The translations under genes were made by a program, and so were the position numbers. This document shows positions 57,398 to 64,000 of a stretch of DNA of 64,000 nucleotides, piece by piece. Source of the stretch: Patescibacteria group bacterium. GTDB taxonomy: Bacteria; Patescibacteriota; Patescibacteriia; UBA10025; JAHIVO01. The notes under the pieces were generated by a model. That model searched no databases and was not told the DNA's origin. It saw only the letters and a list, made by a program, of their open reading frames with translations. Location: positions 321,776 to 385,775 of the forward strand of contig JAQULM010000002.1 in NCBI GenBank assembly GCA_028718605.1, in the 5' to 3' direction. Numbering within the stretch: position 1 is the stretch's first letter; the number at the start of each line of letters is the position of its first letter.

Positions 57398-59200
57398 ATG
57401 AATGACGATATTGAGAGCAAAAATGAACAGGATATAAGCGACCTTATTGAGCAGTCGCGGCAGCGGCGGACCAAGTTTCGTGTCGCAACGGAAGACGTGG
57501 CAGACAAGCTGCGCTTGAAGATTAACGAGATTGACCAAAGAAAAAAAGAAGAGCTCACGCGGCACAAGGCTGAGGAGGCCGGCTTCGGGTACATCTTTTT
57601 AAAAGGATTTCCGATCAGCCCCGAGGCTCTCACGCTCATTCCCGAGGAGCGAGCACGTCAGCTGAAGGCGATTTGCTTCTTGAAAACCGATACGGAATTT
57701 CGCATCGGGGCGCTCGCGCCAGAATCACCGGACATTTTAAACCTCATCGCTGAGCTTGAAGACGAAACAGGATCCCACGGTGCGCCATATATAGTTTCTG
57801 AACAAAGCCTGGCAGCGGCAATGAAAATTTATGCCACCTTGCCCAAGATTCGGAAGCATTTGAGCGGGGTTGAGGTGTCGGCCGAGGACTTGAAGAAATT
57901 CCAGCGATCAATCGGCTCGTTCCGGGAGCTCGGCAAACTTATGCACCATGCGTCGACGACAGATTTGTATACCATAATTTTAGCCGCCGCGATACAGTCG
58001 AACGCCTCCGATGTGCACATTGAAGCGCAGCAAGATGACATTAAGATTCGCTATCGCATTGACGGCGTTCTGTATGACGTCGCGACGCTTGAGAAGAAAG
58101 TGTGGCCGAAGGTGGTGAACCGGGTGAAGTTATTAGCCAGTCTCAAGATAAACATTACTGACATTCCCCAGGATGGCCGCTTTACAATTTACCTTGAGAA
58201 TGAATTTATCGACGTCCGCGTATCGACGGTACCGAGTGCGTACGGCGAGAGCGTTGTAATGCGGTTGCTCATGTCCTCTGCGGCGAGCCTTGAGCTTGAG
58301 GATATCGGCTTGGTCGGAGTAGCGTTTGACATAATGAAAAAAGAAATTGAGCGGCCGAACGGGATGATTGTCACGACAGGCCCTACTGGTTCGGGCAAGA
58401 CAACAACTCTCTACGCAATTTTAAAGAGATTGAATAAGCCGGAGTCAAAGATCATCACCCTTGAGAATCCCATCGAATACCGTCTCAAGGGCATCACCCA
58501 AAGCCAGGTTCAAGCGAGCGATTCCTCGTCCGAGGATAAAACGAATATCCGCGATCTGCTCCGCGCAAGCGGGGAAACAAAACGGCACTTTACGTATGCA
58601 TCGGGCCTGCGCGCCGTGTTGCGCCAGGACCCGGATATCGTGATGGTCGGTGAAATTCGCGACCACGAAACGGCGGAAACGGCGATCCAAGCAGCGCTAA
58701 CCGGCCACCTGATGCTCTCGACGCTCCATACCAATAGCGCCGCAGGCGCAATACCCCGCCTTGTTTCAATGGAAGTGAAGCCATTCTTGCTTGCGCCTGC
58801 GATGAATGTCATAATCGGCCAGCGCCTCGTGCGGCGGATCTGCAAAGACTGCAAAGAGCCGTACATGCCCGACGAGGCAACACTCAAGCGAGTGTATGAG
58901 GTGTTCGACACGATACCGACAGAACATCGCGGCGGCATCACGAAAGAGAATCTCGCGTTCAATCACGGTCGGGGCTGCCAGAAGTGCAACAACATCGGAT
59001 TCAAGGGGCGTGTTGGTGTTTTTGAAATTCTCACGATGAACGAGGAGATTGAAAAATTAATTTTAACCGGCCAGGTGTCGGAATTCCAGATTACTAAAGT
59101 CGCTTCACAGCATGGGATGCTTACGATGCGCCAGGACGGAATACTGAAAGCCGCCCAGGGCATTACGACGCCCGAGGAAGTATTTAAAGCGACCGACTAA
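57398..59200 (+). CDS. pilB: Type II secretion / type IV pilus assembly ATPase (GspE/PilB family). The start is moved to an internal ATG.
   Basis: N-terminal GSPII_E domain. Walker A GPTGSGKTTTLYA, Asp box, Walker B, His box, and the tetracysteine motif CKDC...CQKC. Confidence 0.8.
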   Translation: MNDDIESKNEQDISDLIEQSRQRRTKFRVATEDVADKLRLKINEIDQRKKEELTRHKAEEAGFGYIFLKGFPISPEALTLIPEERARQLKAICFLKTDTEFRIGALAPESPDILNLIAELEDETGSHGAPYIVSEQSLAAAMKIYATLPKIRKHLSGVEVSAEDLKKFQRSIGSFRELGKLMHHASTTDLYTIILAAAIQSNASDVHIEAQQDDIKIRYRIDGVLYDVATLEKKVWPKVVNRVKLLASLKINITDIPQDGRFTIYLENEFIDVRVSTVPSAYGESVVMRLLMSSAASLELEDIGLVGVAFDIMKKEIERPNGMIVTTGPTGSGKTTTLYAILKRLNKPESKIITLENPIEYRLKGITQSQVQASDSSSEDKTNIRDLLRASGETKRHFTYASGLRAVLRQDPDIVMVGEIRDHETAETAIQAALTGHLMLSTLHTNSAAGAIPRLVSMEVKPFLLAPAMNVIIGQRLVRRICKDCKEPYMPDEATLKRVYEVFDTIPTEHRGGITKENLAFNHGRGCQKCNNIGFKGRVGVFEILTMNEEIEKLILTGQVSEFQITKVASQHGMLTMRQDGILKAAQGITTPEEVFKATD

Positions 59201-59232
59201 CCGATTCAGTCGGGTGTGGGTATTCAACGGGG

Positions 59233-59256
59233 AGAGCTGCTTTCTAGAGCAGCTTT
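59233..59256. terminator. Bidirectional hairpin (agctgc-tttctaga-gcagct) flanked by T-runs. It lies between convergent pilB and valS and overlaps the valS stop codon.
   Basis: Inverted repeat followed by TTTTTT on the plus strand. On the minus strand it lies just past the valS stop. Confidence 0.45.
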
Positions 59257-62135
59257 TTTAGTTTTTCGCGCTGCTCGGCGAGTTTTGACCGCACTTCATC
59301 AACGACTTCTTTGGGCGCACGATCAGTGAAATTCTTATTCGAAAGTTTTGCCTCAAGCTTTTGGATGTAGGAGGAGAGCGCTACCACCTCCTGTTTGCGT
59401 TTTGATGCGTCAACGCGATAGTCGACGAAGAAGTTCAAACCCGGAAGCGAACCGGATACCTGCGGTTGCTCGCTCATGCCCATAGTTTGAACGGCGGAGA
59501 GCGGGCGGATCCAGCGCTCGTTTTCCTTAATAAGCGGCGCTTTACTTCCCCAGTAGGAAACGGACAGCGATTCCGAGGCACTGATTTTATTTTCAGCACG
59601 GAAATTCCGCAGCAGTGTGACGTATTGTTGGATGAACGCGAGCCCAAGGGTGGACTGCTCTTGCTGCGCTCGAGGCCAGTTCTGAACAATCAGCATGTTG
59701 TTTTTCCCCGCCGGAGCCAGCCGCGACCAGATTTCTTCCGTTACGAACGGGATGAACGGGTGCGCGAGCTTCAGCCATACGGACAGAACATGGCGTAGGA
59801 TGCCGTAATTTTTTTCCACCTTAGATATTTCCAGGTACCAGTCGGCGAAGTCATGCCAGAGGAACTCGTAGAGCGCGGTGCCGGCTTCGGAGAATTTAAA
59901 TTGTTCGATGTTTTTAGTTACCGCGCCATTCAATGTATTCAGCCGGCCTATGATCCATTTGTCCGCTAAGTTTTTTATCTCCAACTCCTGAGCTTTCGGT
60001 GTGCGCTGGGAAAGGACAAAACGCGCTACGTTCCACAATTTGTTAATAAAATTGCGGTATCCGGCGATTTTTTCTTCCGATAATTTAAAATCCTGGCCAG
60101 CAGAGGTGCCGAGCACGAGAGAGAGGCGGATGGCGTCAGTGCCGTATTTTTCGGCCATAGGCAGCGGGTCAATGCCCGTGCCTTTTGATTTCGACATTTT
60201 CTTCCCGCTTTTGTCGAGAACCAGTCCATGGAGATATACAGTACGGAAGGGCACCTGCTTTACGAATTTGAGGGAAAACATGATCATGCGTGCCACCCAG
60301 AAAAAGAGAATGTCCCAGCTGGTTTCCATGACCGACGTTGGGTGGAAGCGTTTGAGGTCTATCGTTTTTTTTGGCCACCCGAGCGTTGAGAATGTCCATA
60401 AACCAGACGAGAACCAGGTATCGAGCGTGTCCTCCTCCTGCCTGAGAAACTTCGTTTGTTTGCAGTGTGGGCAGCGTTTTGGTTTATCGGACGACGCGAT
60501 GGTTGCCCCGCATCCGTGATCAGCATCGAGAGCGGCGAACGAGTACGTGTAGATATACGCGGGTGTCGCGGCATTCACGCGGATTTTTGGATAGTGGACT
60601 TTGAATCGCGCAATGAGCTGGTTGATATGCGAATACGTGGCACCGTGCATTGGATTGTCGAGCGGAAGCTTGCCGACCGTCGTGCATTCAATTTTATTAA
60701 TAGTTGCAATCCCAATAATTTGCCCTGTTGTGCTGTTCTCAACCGCAACGCGGTCCCCAACGGTGAGGTGGTGGTCGCGGAGTCGGTACGTTACCGTTTT
60801 GCCTTTAAATAGTTGGCGTACAACATCCCCGGCGAAACCAATCTTTTCTGCTGGCACGGTACGCTCGGGGCCGCAGTACCAGATCGGTATTTGGTGGCCC
60901 CACCAGAGCTGGCGCGAAATGCACCAGTCGCGGATGTTGTTCATCCAGTGGAAGTAAACCTTCTCGAACCGTTTGGGGATGATGTTGATGGTTCCAGACT
61001 TCACGGCGGCAATCGCCGGTTTTGCCAGTGGGGCGATTTTGAGGAACCACTGTTTCGAGATGAGAGGCTCAATCGGCGTATTGCAACGGTCGCACCGCGC
61101 CTGGTGGTGGGCGTAGTCAACCGTTTTTTCAAGCAGCTCTTCGGTTTCAAGCCGGGCAATCACGTCCTGGCGCGCGTCCTGGACGCTTTTGCCGTAGAAT
61201 TCACCGGCTTCTTTGGTCATTTTATTATCCTGGCCGATGATGTTGATAACTGGCAGGTGGTGCGTTGTCCCGATGTCATAATCAGCAGCGTCGTGCGCAG
61301 GCGTGACTTTTACCGCGCCGGTGCCGAATTCCCTGTCAACGCGGGCATCGGCAACGATCGGGATTTCCCGGTTCATGATCGGCAGGATGATTTTTTTTCC
61401 GATGTACTGAGTGTAGCGTTGGTCTTTCGGGTTGACGGCTACCGCGGTGTCGCCGAGCATTGTCTCCGGCCGGGTGGTCGCCACGACAATGTACTTGGTT
61501 GACCCGGATAATGGGTAGCGGATAAACCAAAGCTTGCTCGAGGTTTCGATGTGTTTCACTTCCAGGTCAGAGAGCGCGGTCGCACAGCGCGGACACCAGT
61601 TGACGATACGCGCACCGCGGTAAATTAACCCCTCATTGAATAATGTAATGAAAGCCTTGTGCACCGCGGCAGTCAGCGCGGGGTCCATGGTGAAATGCTC
61701 CCGGGACCAGTCGCATGAAGCGCCGAGTGAGCGCGTTTGGTCATTGATACGCGTGCCGTACTTATTTTTCCATTCCCATACGCGCTTGAGGAATTTTTCA
61801 CGGCCGATGTCATCGCGGCTCAAACCCTCTTGTTGGAGTAGCCGTTCTACCATGATCTGCGTGGAGATGCCAGCGTGGTCAGTGCCAGGAAGCCATAGCG
61901 TTTTGTAGCCGGCCATGCGGTGGAAACGCGTGAGGATGTCTTGAACGGTAAAGCCAAGTGCGTGGCCGAGGTGTAGTTCACCCGTTACGTTCGTTGGTGG
62001 CATGGAAATAGTAAACGGTTTGGTCCGTCTCCCGGGAAGCGTATCTGGATTGAAAAAACCCGACCGTTCCCATCGTTTGTAGATGGCAGCCTCAATAGAC
62101 TGTGGTTGGTAGGTTTTCTCAAGCTCTTTGGGCAT
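59244..62135 (-). CDS. valS: Valine--tRNA ligase, carrying an extra approx 110-aa insertion before the DTLDTWFSS motif.
   Basis: HLGHA (PPTNVTGELHLGHAL), KMSKS (KMSKSKGT), editing domain, and a C-terminal coiled coil. Length 963 aa. Confidence 0.9.
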   Translation of the reverse strand: MPKELEKTYQPQSIEAAIYKRWERSGFFNPDTLPGRRTKPFTISMPPTNVTGELHLGHALGFTVQDILTRFHRMAGYKTLWLPGTDHAGISTQIMVERLLQQEGLSRDDIGREKFLKRVWEWKNKYGTRINDQTRSLGASCDWSREHFTMDPALTAAVHKAFITLFNEGLIYRGARIVNWCPRCATALSDLEVKHIETSSKLWFIRYPLSGSTKYIVVATTRPETMLGDTAVAVNPKDQRYTQYIGKKIILPIMNREIPIVADARVDREFGTGAVKVTPAHDAADYDIGTTHHLPVINIIGQDNKMTKEAGEFYGKSVQDARQDVIARLETEELLEKTVDYAHHQARCDRCNTPIEPLISKQWFLKIAPLAKPAIAAVKSGTINIIPKRFEKVYFHWMNNIRDWCISRQLWWGHQIPIWYCGPERTVPAEKIGFAGDVVRQLFKGKTVTYRLRDHHLTVGDRVAVENSTTGQIIGIATINKIECTTVGKLPLDNPMHGATYSHINQLIARFKVHYPKIRVNAATPAYIYTYSFAALDADHGCGATIASSDKPKRCPHCKQTKFLRQEEDTLDTWFSSGLWTFSTLGWPKKTIDLKRFHPTSVMETSWDILFFWVARMIMFSLKFVKQVPFRTVYLHGLVLDKSGKKMSKSKGTGIDPLPMAEKYGTDAIRLSLVLGTSAGQDFKLSEEKIAGYRNFINKLWNVARFVLSQRTPKAQELEIKNLADKWIIGRLNTLNGAVTKNIEQFKFSEAGTALYEFLWHDFADWYLEISKVEKNYGILRHVLSVWLKLAHPFIPFVTEEIWSRLAPAGKNNMLIVQNWPRAQQEQSTLGLAFIQQYVTLLRNFRAENKISASESLSVSYWGSKAPLIKENERWIRPLSAVQTMGMSEQPQVSGSLPGLNFFVDYRVDASKRKQEVVALSSYIQKLEAKLSNKNFTDRAPKEVVDEVRSKLAEQREKLKKLL

Positions 62136-62167
62136 AGTGCGTGGTTATTGTACCGCAAACGCACGCA

Positions 62168-63190
62168 CTAGACTAGCTCCCAGTTTGGGTATGCGTCCAG
62201 CGTATTCCATGCTGAATAGCGCTTCCGGAGAGCGCGGTAGTAGCCCGTGATCGCGATCATTCCCGCATTATCAGTGCAGAGTTCAATGGGAGGCGTGTGG
62301 AACGGCAGCCCGGATGCGCCAATGTTGCCGACTGCTGACCGCAATTGTTCGCGCAAGGGGGCATTTGCCGCAACGCCGCCCGCAAGGAGTACGGAGCGCG
62401 CCCCAACCTCCATGGCAGCACGGACGGTCTTGCCGACGAGTACGTCAATGACGGCTTGCTGAAAGCTTGCACAAACGTCGTTGGTTGGAATGTTCTTGCC
62501 CCGGTATGCATTTTTTATGAGGTACAGAACGGCAGTTTTCAGACCTGAAAAGCTGAAGTCGTACCCCTGGCGATTGAGCATAGGGCGCGGCAGATCAAAT
62601 GCGGCTGGATTACCCTTGCGCGCGAGCTGCTGAATTTTCGGGCCACCGGGGTACCCGATATTTAAAATTTTCGCAACCTTGTCGAATGCTTCACCTGCCG
62701 CATCATCCCTGGTTCGCCCAATCAATGTATGGTTGCCATGTTGCGTGACCAGAACAAGTTCAGTGTGGCCGCCGGAGACGATCAGGCAGAGCGCAGGGAA
62801 TTTAATAACAGTCGAATCGTGCCAATTCGCGTAGAGGTGCCCCTCGATGTGGTTAACGGCAACGAGTCTTTTTTCCCATGCGAGCGAAAGCGTCTTTGCC
62901 GTTTGTACGCCGACGCGCAGTGAAGTAACAAGGCCTGGTCCGGCCGTAACCGCGATTGCTGAGAGAGCCTGCGGAGCAATATGTGCTTGCTTCAGGGCGC
63001 GGTCAAGGCACGGGATGATGTTCAGAATATGTTCACGGGCAGCAACTTCCGGCACGACGCCGCCGTATTGGCGGTGCGTGGCGATTTGCGATGCGATAAC
63101 GTGCGATAGGAGCGTCCGCTTGCGTTTGGTGCCGTGCAGGACCGCCACCGCTGTTTCATCACACGATGTTTCGATGCCGAGGATAATCAT
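62168..63190 (-). CDS. tsaD: tRNA N6-adenosine threonylcarbamoyltransferase TsaD (Kae1/Gcp).
   Basis: MIILGIETSCDETAVAV start. His-His metal site (HIEGHLY). Confidence 0.9.
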   Translation of the reverse strand: MIILGIETSCDETAVAVLHGTKRKRTLLSHVIASQIATHRQYGGVVPEVAAREHILNIIPCLDRALKQAHIAPQALSAIAVTAGPGLVTSLRVGVQTAKTLSLAWEKRLVAVNHIEGHLYANWHDSTVIKFPALCLIVSGGHTELVLVTQHGNHTLIGRTRDDAAGEAFDKVAKILNIGYPGGPKIQQLARKGNPAAFDLPRPMLNRQGYDFSFSGLKTAVLYLIKNAYRGKNIPTNDVCASFQQAVIDVLVGKTVRAAMEVGARSVLLAGGVAANAPLREQLRSAVGNIGASGLPFHTPPIELCTDNAGMIAITGYYRALRKRYSAWNTLDAYPNWELV

Positions 63191-63870
63191 AGTTTATCTT
63201 GTACGCGCCCCACGATATCTTCCATTTCCTGCACAACCTCGTCGCTCACGCTCGCCGCAATCGGGATATAGTAGTCGTTCGCTTCCTTGAGCCACCGCGG
63301 GAGTTTATACGCGAGGGGATGCCCTGGCGTGAAATACGTCCATGTCCGCATATTATCCAGCAGATCCGCAGTTTTTATAAGCCGCACGCGTTCCGTCATT
63401 TTAAGGAGTTTTTTGTAGTGGAGGGGCTTGGAAGTTTTTTTATCAGCCTCTGACTCATTGTGCGGGCGCGGTCTGGTGACCGCTTGTACAAGCGAAAGCG
63501 CCTCGTTCCCAAACTGTTCGCGGATGTCTTCGGGAGTAAGCGCGGTGTCCTCAAGGGTATCGTGGAGAAGCGCAGCGATCAGCATGTCAGCGTCGCGGAT
63601 TCCATGCTCGAGCAGCCACCGCGCAGCACGTACCGGGTGGATAATGTATCCCCCGTGTTCTACGTCGGCCGCATGCCGTTGTTGGCCTTTGTGGTACTGC
63701 GCGGCGAGATTGAGAGCTGACCGGATTTTTTTCTGGTCAGCGCTGGGAAGTGCCGAAAGGCCTCGGAAGAGCGCTTCCTCGTTTTTGGAATAATACGGAA
63801 AGTCGTCCATACGTATAGTATAGCGCGTCGGTGTTAAAAATGAAAAAAGCCGGACTGGTTTGCCGTACAA
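63187..63870 (-). CDS. HD-domain protein of the RelA/SpoT (p)ppGpp-hydrolase type. There is no synthetase domain (Mesh1/SAH-like).
   Basis: HPVRAARWLLEHG...IAALLHDTLEDT...FGNEALSLVQAVT matches the SpoT HD hydrolase domain. Confidence 0.6.
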   Translation of the reverse strand: MYGKPVRLFSFLTPTRYTIRMDDFPYYSKNEEALFRGLSALPSADQKKIRSALNLAAQYHKGQQRHAADVEHGGYIIHPVRAARWLLEHGIRDADMLIAALLHDTLEDTALTPEDIREQFGNEALSLVQAVTRPRPHNESEADKKTSKPLHYKKLLKMTERVRLIKTADLLDNMRTWTYFTPGHPLAYKLPRWLKEANDYYIPIAASVSDEVVQEMEDIVGRVQDKL

Positions 63871-63953
63871 GCCGCCAGAGAGAAAATCGGGAAAATTTCA
63901 CAAAGTATGAATCTGGTAGCCCCACGGGGAATCCTGCTTACCCGTCGCAAAAA

Positions 63954-63972
63954 CCACCGCGTACTCGCGGTG
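63954..63972 (-). terminator. Hairpin caccgcg-tact-cgcggtg with a U-tract on the minus strand. It may be the terminator of a minus-strand gene beyond the window's right edge.
   Basis: 7-bp perfect inverted repeat. The AAAAAC 5' flank on the plus strand is a T-run on the minus strand. Confidence 0.35.
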
Positions 63973-64000
63973 CCGGTTTGTTCCTCCTTCGCAGCCCGGG

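Noticed and set aside
63900-64000. Possible tRNA or tmRNA 3' end on the minus strand (...ggattccccgtggggctacca)
   Set aside because: It ends in CCA-like ACCA. However, I could not fold a T-stem/acceptor-stem pairing consistent with a tRNA cloverleaf. It is more simply explained by the adjacent hairpin terminator.
1-64000. CRISPR arrays, transposases, integrases, phage genes, rRNA/tRNA genes
   Set aside because: No regularly spaced direct repeats, no DDE/tyrosine-recombinase motifs, and no rRNA-like or cloverleaf-forming segments were seen on either strand.

Overview
The window is 64 kb of a compact bacterial chromosome, about 55% GC, densely coded on both strands, with no rRNA, tRNA, CRISPR or mobile-element genes that I can recognise. 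The gene content points to a reduced, CPR/Patescibacteria-like organism. The evidence is the replication-origin core (tsaD-valS, dnaA-dnaN, and divergently rpmH-rnpA-yidD-yidC with a short YidC), many GT-C type membrane glycosyltransferases, and small TrbC/VirB2-like 'pilin' proteins. From left to right the window contains the following. A 5'-truncated FG-GAP/beta-propeller surface protein with near-identical internal DNA repeats. A divergent PurD-like ATP-grasp enzyme. An EF-hand-bearing membrane protein. An alkaline-ceramidase-like membrane hydrolase. panD, a SAM methyltransferase, a MacB-like ABC pair, an SMR-like protein and a DedA protein. A C39-like peptidase, COG2403 P-loop protein and CapA cluster. 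galU and a sugar-binding lipoprotein. A triad of T4SS-pilin-like genes, the first fused to a 400-aa cysteine-rich GCC-repeat ectodomain and the third driven by two tandem consensus sigma70 promoters. A roughly 14.5 kb envelope glycosylation island: GT-C membrane enzymes (including tandem paralogs), a Dpm1-like GT2, a flippase-like protein, a methyltransferase, and an unusual GT4::HprK-like kinase fusion. A glycogen island (PGI/PMI, yebC, ruvC, glgA, GH57, GH57-UVR fusion, kinase-like ORF, PHP, second glgA, GalT-like). CE4 deacetylase, tyrS, ROK glucokinase and a class A PBP. Then dnaN-dnaA, a candidate oriC, rpmH-rnpA-yidD-yidC, tsaE, a DHH phosphoesterase, a PilB/GspE ATPase, valS with an inserted module, tsaD and an HD (ppGpp-hydrolase-like) protein. 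All functional calls rest on motif and family recognition by eye plus the ORF track. No database search was run.
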